The position numbers and the translations under genes were made by a program. DNA of 63,246 nt, filler included. It is 7 parts of 7 records of this genome, joined end to end, with 100 filler letters (N's around TTAATTAATTAA, not from the genome) between each part and the next. Parts side by side here need not be neighbours in the genome. Positions count along the whole stretch, not along the records: positions 28,506 to 42,693 come from SRR31156797_34077; 6 more parts are not named here. The stretch is one strand, 5' to 3'. This document shows positions 29,902 through 39,400 of the stretch, in pieces. The notes beneath the pieces were generated by a model. That model had not been told where the DNA came from. It searched no databases and was given only the letters and a program-made list of their open reading frames with translations. Each line of letters opens with the position of its first letter. The stretch's first letter is position 1.

Positions 29902-31077
29902 ATGACCGGAAGAGAGCGAATGCTAAGCGTTTTGAACGGAAAGCGAGCGGACCGGGTTCCTGTCACCCTGTTTATTCAGGGCCAGGGCCACTTTATTACC
30001 CAGGTCAATCCCGACACGGATCCCTGGGATTTTATCAGCATTCAGAAAAACGTCATCGACTATCAGAAAAGCCTTGGACTGGACGTCCATGCGCGCATGC
30101 TTTTTTTTAATCCCCGCAAGCCCGTATTCGCCCATCTTGGGCAGTTGAACGTGGATGTTCAGACTGAGAACTGGGAAGTGAAACACCGGGAGGAGAAGAA
30201 CGGAAACACAACCCTCCATAAATATGAGATAAAGACACCCGACGGTATCCTGAAGCAGACCTTTTCCATCAATGAGCTCAGACCCAAAACCTATATGTAC
30301 GCATGCACGGAGAAACCGATAAACGGCCCCGAAGATCTGAAGATCGCCATGAAGTACGAACCGGACTATTCGGATGAGACCAAGAATGAGATGAAGAAGA
30401 ACGTGGCTGCGGTGAAGGCCGAGGTTGGAGATTCGGGCGTCCTGTCCGCATGGACCAACGGCGGACTGTTCAACAATATTTCCGGATTCATCGATCATGA
30501 AACCCTGTACTCCATCTTTCTCCTTGATCCGGAATACTACAGCGATCTGATGGCCTTTGCAAAAAAGAGGGTCTTTGATTTCACAGACGCCATCATCCAG
30601 ACAGGCATAGACGCACTGTGCGTTGGAGGAAATGTTGCGGGAGGCTTCCTGGGAGAGAACTGCTTTGCCGAGTATGTCCGTCCCTATGAAATGGAGTACA
30701 TATCCCATATCCAGGACCAGGGAAAGCCGGTGATCTACCACAACTGCGGCGACGTTATGAATCTTGTGGAGCCCTACAAGAAAATGGGGATCAAGAATAT
30801 TGAGCCCTTCAGCCCGCCCCCCCTCGGCGACGGAGACCTTGATCTGCTGGCGTCCAGGATGCATGACGAATTCACGGTTACCGGCGGCGTGGATCAGGTC
30901 AATGTGATTCAGAAGGGAACGGTTAAGGATGTTGAGAGGATAACTCTCGAGACCTTGAACAAGGGTAAGAAACTGGACCGCTATATACTGCAGAGCGCAG
31001 ACTTTCTCGAGTACGATACGCCTCTGGAAAACGTTGAGGCCTTTGCCCGGACAGGATTGGCGAACGCCGAATACTAA
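29902..31077 (+). CDS. Uroporphyrinogen decarboxylase / MtaA-CmuA methyltransferase superfamily protein
   Basis: MTGRER...L.GK..DRVPV, TPDG.L, YHNCG, GGVDQ; AGGAG RBS. Confidence 0.82.
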   Translation: MTGRERMLSVLNGKRADRVPVTLFIQGQGHFITQVNPDTDPWDFISIQKNVIDYQKSLGLDVHARMLFFNPRKPVFAHLGQLNVDVQTENWEVKHREEKNGNTTLHKYEIKTPDGILKQTFSINELRPKTYMYACTEKPINGPEDLKIAMKYEPDYSDETKNEMKKNVAAVKAEVGDSGVLSAWTNGGLFNNISGFIDHETLYSIFLLDPEYYSDLMAFAKKRVFDFTDAIIQTGIDALCVGGNVAGGFLGENCFAEYVRPYEMEYISHIQDQGKPVIYHNCGDVMNLVEPYKKMGIKNIEPFSPPPLGDGDLDLLASRMHDEFTVTGGVDQVNVIQKGTVKDVERITLETLNKGKKLDRYILQSADFLEYDTPLENVEAFARTGLANAEY

Positions 31078-31135
31078 AAGTGCAAAAAACAAGGACCGGC
31101 AGCCAGCCGGTCCGAAGGTCGGGATCGCCCCGCGT

Positions 31136-32326
31136 TCAGCCTGGACATGATTCGGTATCGAGGCCGTAATCCTTCCTGAACTCCCGTCTGCCAGCTATTT
31201 CATACCGTCTGCGTTTTATCCGTTCCAGATCCAGAGGATAGGAGCCGTAGTCATGCACTGTGGCGTACATGGTCTCTATATTCAACAGAGGAATCTTGTC
31301 ATGAACTTCGCTGGAAGATCCGATGAACAGTTTTCCTGAGGGTCCTATCCTCTCAATCAGTTCCAGCGTTTCATCCTCCACATCAAAGCGGTTGCCGAAT
31401 GGAAGGGTCTCTTCACAGCATACGTTACCGAAAAGGTACTTGTCCGGCCAGTCATTGTGAATCTCAAAGATATCGTTACAGCCGCAGCGCTCTATCGGAT
31501 TGAGTCCTTCCGCATTAAACTTTCCCTTCTCCAGAATGAGATCCAGCAGAGGCCCGTATCGCCCGTCGGTATGAAACAGGAAAGCCCCGCCCTTTGCCCT
31601 TATGGGCTCAGCGATTCTCATCCAGCGGTTAAGACAGTTCCCTTCAATCCATTGCGGCGAGAATATAGGGCCGTTGGAACCGGCCATATCCTCTCCCATA
31701 AACTGCAGAGGCGGCGTATCGCTATCTGCATAGATATTTGTGAGCGCCGCCGAATAGGCTGTCGTACAGTCCAGAATATGGTCTATCAGTTCCGGTGCAT
31801 CATAGAGGATCAAAGAGAAGAGCTCCAGGTCGACGTAGGTGTAGGCATCGCACAGCGGTCCTTCGACACAGCCGATATAAACGCGGTCATGGGCAGCGAA
31901 TCTGGACGTCACATTCTGCAGATGGGGAGTGAACCACTCCCTGATCTCATCTTCTTTCGGAACAGAGGGCATATTCTTCTCTAATCCAGGCAGATCGGCA
32001 AAAGGACGCTTCGAAATCCAGGCGGTGTCGCCTCCCTGCTCCACCTCCCAGCAGGAGGGATCCACTCCCATAAATCGAATCCAGTTATCAACCTTGTGTC
32101 TCATCCAGTGATCCACCGGATCATGAGTGAAGCGGGTTATATCCACCCCTATTCCCTTCAGAGCCCTGGCATTGATATCCAGTAGCTCATCGGGGGAGTA
32201 GTTCTGATCGTCCCTGTATCCGCCGTATGCGCGAAGCACTTCCGTATTATCAATAAGGTCATAGGTCATGATACGATCAACGGCCTGTCCCTTCAGGGTT
32301 CTGGTCATACGTTCGAGATTTGTCAT
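31136..32326 (-). CDS. URO-D / methyltransferase superfamily protein
   Basis: MTNLER.....G..VDR, LYDAPEL, GEDMAGSNGPIFSP, FHTDG, LNPIE, LFGNV. Confidence 0.78.
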   Translation of the reverse strand: MTNLERMTRTLKGQAVDRIMTYDLIDNTEVLRAYGGYRDDQNYSPDELLDINARALKGIGVDITRFTHDPVDHWMRHKVDNWIRFMGVDPSCWEVEQGGDTAWISKRPFADLPGLEKNMPSVPKEDEIREWFTPHLQNVTSRFAAHDRVYIGCVEGPLCDAYTYVDLELFSLILYDAPELIDHILDCTTAYSAALTNIYADSDTPPLQFMGEDMAGSNGPIFSPQWIEGNCLNRWMRIAEPIRAKGGAFLFHTDGRYGPLLDLILEKGKFNAEGLNPIERCGCNDIFEIHNDWPDKYLFGNVCCEETLPFGNRFDVEDETLELIERIGPSGKLFIGSSSEVHDKIPLLNIETMYATVHDYGSYPLDLERIKRRRYEIAGRREFRKDYGLDTESCPG

Positions 32327-32396
32327 AATTTTGTTCCTGTCAATTACTGGGATGGAAGAATTTGCCGGGTTCGGACGATCCCGGCAAAAGGAAGAT

Positions 32397-33377
32397 CTAG
32401 TTTTTAGTATTCACCTGTTTGAAACGGTCTATCAGAACGGCGATCAGAAGAATGAGTCCGCGAACGACATACTGGTAGAAGGTGGGTATGTTCATCAGGT
32501 TCATGGCATTCTGTACGGTACCCATGATCAGAACCCCCACGATGGCGCCCTGTATCGGAGCGACACCGCCGGACAGAGACACTCCGCCCAATACACAGGC
32601 AGAGATAACGTCCAAAGAGAAACCAACCGAGGTATTGGGCTGCCCGCTGGTCATTCTGGATGCCAGGACGACGCCGGCGAAACCGGCCATCATTCCCTGG
32701 AGCGTGAAAATCAGGATCTTGATTTTATCCACCGCCACGCCGGCGAGACGGGTCGCCTCCATATTTCCGCCCATGGCCAGAGTGTTCTTACCGTAGGAAG
32801 TATTGTTCAGCAGAACTCCGAAGACGACGAAGCAGACGATCGTAATCCAGATGGGATTGGGAATTCCCAGAAGCTGTCCGTTGCCCAGAGAAAAGAAGCG
32901 CATATCTGACACCCCGACAGCACTGCCGCCCGAAACGATAAAAGCCAGCCCCCTGACGATCTGAGCCGACGCCAGGGTCGTGATCAGAGCGTTGATTCCT
33001 GCTTTGGCAATTATGATACCATTGACAAGGCCGATAAATCCGCCGCCCAGGATACCCATGACGATTCCGAAAACGATGCTTCCCGTCGCATTGATTACCA
33101 CAGCCGCCGTTACACCGGCAAAGGCGACGATGTTTTCAACGGACAGATCGAAGTCTCCGGATGCGAGACAGAAGAGCATGGTACAGGCCACCATGCCCAC
33201 CATTGATACGGACAGCCCCAGACCTATCATATTTCTCCAGGTAAAGAAGTAAGGAACAAAGATTGAAAGGGCTATAAATAGCAGGATAAAGATCAGCAGC
33301 ATCCCGGAGTTGTCCCACAGGTGCCGAATCCCCTTCAAAATCTGATTCTCCGGTTTCAATGTTTTTGTATTCTCCAT
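32397..33377 (-). CDS. araH: L-arabinose-type ABC permease AraH
   Basis: ACTMLFCLASGDFDLSV, INALITTLA, SRMTSGQP, VISACVLGGVSL.GG closely follow AraH. Confidence 0.85.
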   Translation of the reverse strand: MENTKTLKPENQILKGIRHLWDNSGMLLIFILLFIALSIFVPYFFTWRNMIGLGLSVSMVGMVACTMLFCLASGDFDLSVENIVAFAGVTAAVVINATGSIVFGIVMGILGGGFIGLVNGIIIAKAGINALITTLASAQIVRGLAFIVSGGSAVGVSDMRFFSLGNGQLLGIPNPIWITIVCFVVFGVLLNNTSYGKNTLAMGGNMEATRLAGVAVDKIKILIFTLQGMMAGFAGVVLASRMTSGQPNTSVGFSLDVISACVLGGVSLSGGVAPIQGAIVGVLIMGTVQNAMNLMNIPTFYQYVVRGLILLIAVLIDRFKQVNTKN

Positions 33378-34910
33378 TTATTTTTCCTTTCCTTTTTCAG
33401 CCGATGTTTCCTCACCGGCTTTGTCCGGTAGAGCTTTGCCTAAAATGGCTTCTTCCGAATAGTCGTTTTTATCGAAAGAGCCGACGATCTCCCCTTCTCT
33501 CATAATGATCATACGGTCGGAAACCCCCATGACCTCGGGCAGGTCGCTGGAAATGCAAATTATCGATTTGCCCTCTTCGGCGAGCTTATACATCAACTGA
33601 TAGATCTCGTTTTTCGTTCCCACATCGATTCCTCTGGTCGGCTCATCCATGATGAGGACATTTACGTCTTCAGCCAGCCAGCGGGCGAGGATTACTTTCT
33701 GCTGATTCCCACCAGAAAGGCTTCCCACCCGGTTCTCCCTGCTGGGGGTCTTGATCTGAAGGGTGTCGATAAAGGAGTCTGTCGTTTTCTGCTCCGTTTT
33801 TTTATCAAGAAAGAAACCGGCCTTCATGCTGTGCCTTCTGACACTGATATTGATGTTCTCATCAACGCTTCTGATGGGAATGATTCCGTCATCCTTCCTG
33901 TCTTCGGGGCAGAAGAAGATTCCATTGTCAATGGCATCCCGGGGCGACTGGATACGGACTTCCCTTCCGTCCAGCAAGATACTCCCCTCGCTATGCTTCT
34001 CTGCGCCGTAGAGCAGCCTCATCAGTTCGGAGCGCCCTGCTCCCACCAGTCCGAAGAATCCCAGGATCTCCCCCTTTCTCAATTCGAAGCTGGCCGGCTT
34101 TCTCAAGCCCGGACCGGCGATCTCTCTAGCGTTCAGAACCGTACAGCCCAGATCACGCTTCCTATAGGAGTAAACGTCCCTGATATCCCTACCCACCATG
34201 CGACTGACCAAAAGATCATGGCTGACATTCTTCATTTCCTGAAATGTCTCGATTTTTCGTCCGTCCCGAAATACAGTCACCGAATCGCAGATTTTGAAGA
34301 TCTCTTCCATTCTATGGGATACATAGATTACAGATTTCCCATTGGCTTTCAGGTTATTGATGATATCAAACAGACGGATTGTCTCCTTATCCGAGAGGGA
34401 GCTGGTCGGTTCATCAAAAGCAATAATATCCGCATTATGGAGCAGCGCCTTTGCGATTTCGATCATCTGTCTTTGGCCGATAGGAAGCTCTTTGATCTTC
34501 CTGTGTGGATCTATTTCTTCCAGTATATAGCTGAGTTCTTCACTGGCTATTGAGTTCATTTCTTTAAAGTCAATCAAGCCGGACTTTTTCAAAGGAAAAT
34601 GCCCCAGCAGCAGATTCTCCGCAACAGTCATCTCAGGGACGAGATTGAGTTCCTGGTAAATAATGGCCACACCTGCATCAAGGGCGTCTCTGGTTCCCTG
34701 AAAATCGTGGGGAATCCCGTCGATGATGACTTTTCCTTCGGACGGAAAGTAAGCTCCGCTGAGGATTTTCAGCAGAGTCGACTTTCCGGCACCGTTCTCG
34801 CCTATCAGGCCCCGCACTTCTCCGCGCTTCACTTCGAAAGAGACTTCGTCCAGGGCTTTCACACCGGGAAAGCTTTTTGAAACAGACTGAAATTGTAAAT
34901 AAGGTGTCAT
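33378..34910 (-). CDS. araG: L-arabinose-type ABC ATPase AraG (two fused NBDs)
   Basis: FPGVKAL, GENGAGKSTL, IIYQEL..VPEMTVAEN, AFDEPTSSLS, LSGGNQQK, DEPTRGIDVG. Confidence 0.88.
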   Translation of the reverse strand: MTPYLQFQSVSKSFPGVKALDEVSFEVKRGEVRGLIGENGAGKSTLLKILSGAYFPSEGKVIIDGIPHDFQGTRDALDAGVAIIYQELNLVPEMTVAENLLLGHFPLKKSGLIDFKEMNSIASEELSYILEEIDPHRKIKELPIGQRQMIEIAKALLHNADIIAFDEPTSSLSDKETIRLFDIINNLKANGKSVIYVSHRMEEIFKICDSVTVFRDGRKIETFQEMKNVSHDLLVSRMVGRDIRDVYSYRKRDLGCTVLNAREIAGPGLRKPASFELRKGEILGFFGLVGAGRSELMRLLYGAEKHSEGSILLDGREVRIQSPRDAIDNGIFFCPEDRKDDGIIPIRSVDENINISVRRHSMKAGFFLDKKTEQKTTDSFIDTLQIKTPSRENRVGSLSGGNQQKVILARWLAEDVNVLIMDEPTRGIDVGTKNEIYQLMYKLAEEGKSIICISSDLPEVMGVSDRMIIMREGEIVGSFDKNDYSEEAILGKALPDKAGEETSAEKGKEK

Positions 34911-34943
34911 GTTAAAACTCTTTACATTCTATTGATTTGAGAA

Positions 34944-34965
34944 GCGGGAGAATGACTTCTCCCGC
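34944..34965 (-). other. Stem-loop after the binding-protein gene (mRNA stabiliser or partial terminator)
   Basis: GCGGGAGAA-TGAC-TTCTCCCGC between araF and araG. Confidence 0.5.
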
Positions 34966-34996
34966 ATCCTGATTCCAGCGGATCCAGGATTGAAGA

Positions 34997-35992
34997 TTAG
35001 CCGTTTTCTTTGAGCTTCTGCTCGTAGTTCTCCCGGTTCATCATAACGGCGGTTGTCCATGTGGTTGCAGGAGGAGCGACACCTTCGGTTATCCATTTAT
35101 AGACATATTCGCTGGTCTCATATCCATGTCTTCTGGGAGAGATCAGCGCTGTCGCATAGAAACCGGTTACTTCGGATTTGGCGAATTCGGCAGTAGCGGT
35201 TCCGCTTCCCCCGATTCCGACCGCGCAGATATCCGCTGCGGCAAAGCCGTTCCCTTCGCAAGCTCTTGTTCCGCCCATGGCCGCCTCATCATTCAGACCA
35301 CCGATCAGCCAGTGTTTGATCTGCGGATTCTTGGTGATGGTGATATTGGCAGCGTTGAATCCGCCTTCGGTGTCAGTCGTTTTTTCAGGAGACTCGAAGA
35401 TATAGGCTTCCGCAAATCCCTTTTCAAGAAGGGCATCGGTCATTCCGTTAGTTCTGTCCACGGCCGTGGGCAATTCGTTGAAACTGATTCTCATGAAACC
35501 AGTCTCTTCCTGCTTCCAGCCTCTGGCGTCCATCTGCTCTTTCATTGTGTAGCCGACCTGCTTGCCGATTTCATATGCGGAAATACCCATATGAGGAACC
35601 TCTTCCATGGGATTGCCGTCGGCGCCCACGAAGCGGTCATCCACGCTCATAACCTTAAGTCCGTTGGCTTTCGCCTTGGCCATGATGGCAGGGCCAAGTT
35701 TAACATCGGGTGTGCAGATCACGAATCCCTGCGCTCCCTGCGCCGCGATATTGTCTATGGCGGAGAGAACCTTCTCACCGTCGGGCGTTCCGATTTCCAG
35801 AACCTTGAAACCGTACTTTTCACCGGCTTCCTGAGCGAATTTCCACTCGTTCTGGAACCAGGGCTCTTCCGGCATTTTGACTAGGAATCCGACTTTAACA
35901 TCTTTGGCGTTACCGCCCTCCTGAGCTCCGTTTGCAAACAGCATCCCCGTGAAAAGCGAAAGACAGATTGCAAGGATTAATCCTTTTTTCAT
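34997..35992 (-). CDS. araF: L-arabinose-type ABC substrate-binding protein AraF
   Basis: GFLVK.PEEPWFQ.EW.FA, PDGEKVL.AID, GA.GFVICTPD.KLG, NEL.TA..RT.G; LFANG.QE N-terminus is spirochaete-like. Confidence 0.88.
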   Translation of the reverse strand: MKKGLILAICLSLFTGMLFANGAQEGGNAKDVKVGFLVKMPEEPWFQNEWKFAQEAGEKYGFKVLEIGTPDGEKVLSAIDNIAAQGAQGFVICTPDVKLGPAIMAKAKANGLKVMSVDDRFVGADGNPMEEVPHMGISAYEIGKQVGYTMKEQMDARGWKQEETGFMRISFNELPTAVDRTNGMTDALLEKGFAEAYIFESPEKTTDTEGGFNAANITITKNPQIKHWLIGGLNDEAAMGGTRACEGNGFAAADICAVGIGGSGTATAEFAKSEVTGFYATALISPRRHGYETSEYVYKWITEGVAPPATTWTTAVMMNRENYEQKLKENG

Positions 35993-36035
35993 AAATAACT
36001 CCTTTAGATCTTATAGATCGATTTCCTCCTATAGA

Positions 36036-36051
36036 TACAAATAACATGCCA
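36036..36051 (-). promoter_or_regulatory. Sigma54 (-24/-12) promoter for araFGH
   Basis: Minus strand TGGCAT-GTTAT-TTGTA versus consensus TGGCAC-N5-TTGCW, about 45 bp upstream of araF; divergent sigma54 activator adjacent. Confidence 0.65.
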
Positions 36052-36147
36052 TCTCATGGTAAAAATCGCAACAATTTTGTAATTTTTTGCATAGAATAAA
36101 GATAAGGATGATCATGTTCTGAGATCATAGTTCTCTCCCACGGAAAA

Positions 36148-36198
36148 TGGGAAACAGGCATTTCTCCTTTCCCATTGGATTGGGAAAAAAGTTTCTCA
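36148..36198. promoter_or_regulatory. Candidate enhancer (UAS) sites for the NtrC-type activator
   Basis: TGGGAAA-caggca-TTTCTCC and TGGGAAA-aaag-TTTCTCA imperfect palindromes 100-150 bp upstream of the sigma54 site. Confidence 0.4.
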
Positions 36199-36259
36199 CC
36201 TTTTTCTGATAGATCGTATTTTCTTGTCAAAAAATAAAAAAACCCATTATTATCCTTTT

Positions 36260-37579
36260 ATGAGAAAACGAATTCTGATTGTGGATGATGAAGAGCAGCT
36301 TTGCATCAGCCTTTCCCGCCTGCTGGAAGCCAATGGCTACGAGCCTTTTTACACGACACAAGCGGAAATGGCCGTAACTCTTCTGAAAGAGCACCCGTCA
36401 GATCTTGTGATAACGGATCTGAAGATGCCGGGACTCTCCGGAATCGACTTGATCCGTGAGATTCGCATCCGCTTCAGAGATATTCCGATTCTGATGGTTT
36501 CCGGATATGCGTCTGTAGACAATGTCGTACGGGCCATGCGTTACGGAGCCTTGAACTTCTTTGAAAAGCCTGTCCGCTTTGCAGAACTCTTAAAGGATAT
36601 CGATGCCCTGTTCCCGGAGGAGGAGCGGGAAACAGCGCTGGCATCGCCCCGGAGGAGACTTGTATCATTCAATAAAAAAATGCAGGAGAAGATCGGCATG
36701 CTGAATAAGGCGGCGCCGACGGACGCCCCTGTGCTCATTACCGGAGAGTCGGGAACGGGCAAGGAACTGGCCGCATCCATTATTCATTCCCAGAGCGTCC
36801 TGAAGGACGGTCCTTTTATAAAGCTGAACTGTGCGGCGATTCCCGACACTCTATTGGAAAGTGAACTCTTCGGTCATGAGAAGGGAGCCTTTACAGATGC
36901 GTTGGATTCACGGCCCGGGAAATTTGAGATTGCGGAAGGCGGAACCATCTTCCTTGATGAGATAGGGGACATGAGCATTAAAACCCAGGCGAAGCTGCTG
37001 AGAGTACTGCAGGAAAAAGAGTTTGAACGGGTTGGCTCCCACACGATACGCAAGATGAATGCCCGGGTAGTAGCCGCCACAAACAGAGAGCTTCAGGAGC
37101 AGATCCGGAAAGGGCTTTTCCGAGAGGATCTGTACTACAGGCTCTCGGTGATTCAGATAGAACTCCCGGCCCTAAGAGAGAGGCGAGAAGACATACTCCC
37201 TCTCTTTCGCTTATTCCTGGATGAGTTCTGCTCAAAATACAGTAAATCAATCGCAGGCATGGACCTGGAGACAGAGACTCTGTTTCTGACTCACGACTGG
37301 CCAGGGAACATACGGGAACTGAGAAACACGATTGAGCGTATGGTGATATTCTGCGATCACAATAAACTGACGGTAGACCTCCTTCCCGAGCAGTACAAGC
37401 GCTATCCGGCAGATGGTAACCATACTCCCCTCAGACAGGCTTCCGACAGTATTACGAGAGAGCTGATTCTGGAATCCTTAGAAAAAACAGGCGGCAGCAG
37501 AAGCAAAACAGCAGAACTTCTCGGAGTGACCAGAAGAACGCTGTATAACAAGATAAAGAAACTGAATATTGAGATTTGA
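36260..37579 (+). CDS. NtrC-family sigma54-dependent response regulator
   Basis: Receiver (ILIVDDE, TDLKMPG), AAA+ (GESGTGKE, ELFGHEKGAFTDA, FLDEIG, FREDLYYRL, WPGNIREL), Fis-type HTH; ATG 36260. Confidence 0.95.
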   Translation: MRKRILIVDDEEQLCISLSRLLEANGYEPFYTTQAEMAVTLLKEHPSDLVITDLKMPGLSGIDLIREIRIRFRDIPILMVSGYASVDNVVRAMRYGALNFFEKPVRFAELLKDIDALFPEEERETALASPRRRLVSFNKKMQEKIGMLNKAAPTDAPVLITGESGTGKELAASIIHSQSVLKDGPFIKLNCAAIPDTLLESELFGHEKGAFTDALDSRPGKFEIAEGGTIFLDEIGDMSIKTQAKLLRVLQEKEFERVGSHTIRKMNARVVAATNRELQEQIRKGLFREDLYYRLSVIQIELPALRERREDILPLFRLFLDEFCSKYSKSIAGMDLETETLFLTHDWPGNIRELRNTIERMVIFCDHNKLTVDLLPEQYKRYPADGNHTPLRQASDSITRELILESLEKTGGSRSKTAELLGVTRRTLYNKIKKLNIEI

Positions 37580-39400
37580 ATGGACTTTAAAAAACGGCAA
37601 CCTTTGCTTCAGATGCAGAATATCCGCTACTCCTATGGCTCTTTGAAGGCGCTGACAGGGATTGATTTTGATCTGTATCCTGCGGAAATCCATGCCGTAT
37701 CAGGAGACCACGGCTCAGGTAAGTCATCTCTGATCAAACTGCTCAGCGGATCACTGAGCAATCAGAACGGGATCATCAGAATAAAGGGCAGGCAGATCGG
37801 ATCCCTGACCCCTTCCCTTGCGGTACAGCTGGGTATCGGTTTCGTTTCCCAGGATGAGGAAATAATCCCAAACGGGACGCTGCTGGATAATGTGTACCTC
37901 GGACAGTTTCCGCCGATCCTAATGGGGAAGAAAAAAGCGGCGATGCTGCAGCACTGCCGTGATCTTTTTCAATACTACGGCTTTGAAGAGGATCCGATGA
38001 TGAGGACTTCCGATCTCACTCCCACCAGACGGCAAATGCTCCCCTTCCTGAGGGCCCTTTCTCAGGGGACGGACATTCTGATTCTGGATGAGATGTCCCA
38101 GAGAACGACCCCGGAAGAGCAGGAACATGTATACAGGATCCTGCAGAAATGCCGGGATTCCGGAATGGGGATTATTTACGTTACATCCAATATTGACGAG
38201 ATATTCAGGATTGCCGACAGGGTGACTATTCTTCACAAGGGAGTTCGCCGCAGCACGGAAGAGGTCGGCAGAGTAGACAGAGCCCGTCTGGTCAATCTGG
38301 CCTTTAACTTTGCCATGGACAGAAACGATGGCGATTCTCCCGTTAATCATGAGGTTCTTCTCCTCAATCGCTATGATAAGAGAATCATCAATGACATGCC
38401 CCAGGGGATCATGATCATTTCTCCAGGGAACGAGATACAGGACATCAATACGGCCGCCGCCAGGATACTGGAGTGCCGTGTAGAGGACATGTCCGGAGCC
38501 GATATGTGGGAATACCTGATGGCTCTACCCATTGAGAAGAAAGAGGAAATTCAAAGTGCCATACTGGAAAGGCGAAAAGGTCTGTGGCAGAGTCTGAAAT
38601 TTGTCCGTAACAAAAGATTGAAAATACGAGTGTCTCCCTTGGGAGAGGAAGGGGATTTGAGGCAGGGCGTTCTTCTTTTCCTTGAGGACTTCTCATCAGA
38701 CTATGAAACGCAGGAGTATCTCCAGCAGGCGGAGAAATTCGTTTCCACAGCAGAGATGGCTGCGGGTGTGGCTCATGAAGTGAACAACCCTCTGGGAATC
38801 ATTCAAAACTACCTGGATCTGCTCCAGCTGGAATCTTTGAACGAAAATGCAATAGAGTGTGTAAACCGGATTCAATCAGAGCTGAGTCGTATTGTAGAGA
38901 TCATAAGCAGTCTCCTCTCCTTTTCAAGGGCAGGAGTAAGCCCTCTGAAAGCCCTGAGCATTCACGATTTGCTGGATGAGATCGTGATTCTGATGGGCCA
39001 TAAGCTGAAACACAGGGAGATCCGCCTTCATAAGCAGTATATGGGAGAGAGTGTTTTCGTCGAGGGACATGAAAACAAACTGAAGCAACTCTTTCTCAAT
39101 CTCTTAAACAATGCCGTAGAGGCGGTCCTGAACAAAGGAGAGATCAGTCTCTCAACCGAAGCCGGCAGAGATTACGTAGACATTCATATAAAGGATAACG
39201 GAAACGGAATACCCGAAGATGTAAAGGAGCAGATTTTTTCTCCCTTTTTCACAACAAAGGTAACAAAGACCAATACGGGTCTGGGACTCTCGATATGCCA
39301 GCATATAGTAGAATCCTACAACGGAAGTATCTCGGTGCAGAGCGCCCCGGGTGAGACGACGACCTTCACCGTAAGGCTTCCAAGGCCATCCTCTTCCTAG
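37580..39400 (+). CDS. Soluble histidine kinase with N-terminal sugar-ABC ATPase-like domain and PAS domain
   Basis: N-terminus: KAL.GIDF.L..EIHAV.GDHGSGKSSL, FVSQ, ILILDE, IIYVTSN.DEIFRIADRVTIL. Then PAS (IINDMPQGI..INTAA..IL), AHEVNNPL H-box, QLFLNLLNNA, DNGNGI, FSPFFTTK, GLGLSI. No TM segment visible. Confidence 0.88.
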   Translation: MDFKKRQPLLQMQNIRYSYGSLKALTGIDFDLYPAEIHAVSGDHGSGKSSLIKLLSGSLSNQNGIIRIKGRQIGSLTPSLAVQLGIGFVSQDEEIIPNGTLLDNVYLGQFPPILMGKKKAAMLQHCRDLFQYYGFEEDPMMRTSDLTPTRRQMLPFLRALSQGTDILILDEMSQRTTPEEQEHVYRILQKCRDSGMGIIYVTSNIDEIFRIADRVTILHKGVRRSTEEVGRVDRARLVNLAFNFAMDRNDGDSPVNHEVLLLNRYDKRIINDMPQGIMIISPGNEIQDINTAAARILECRVEDMSGADMWEYLMALPIEKKEEIQSAILERRKGLWQSLKFVRNKRLKIRVSPLGEEGDLRQGVLLFLEDFSSDYETQEYLQQAEKFVSTAEMAAGVAHEVNNPLGIIQNYLDLLQLESLNENAIECVNRIQSELSRIVEIISSLLSFSRAGVSPLKALSIHDLLDEIVILMGHKLKHREIRLHKQYMGESVFVEGHENKLKQLFLNLLNNAVEAVLNKGEISLSTEAGRDYVDIHIKDNGNGIPEDVKEQIFSPFFTTKVTKTNTGLGLSICQHIVESYNGSISVQSAPGETTTFTVRLPRPSSS

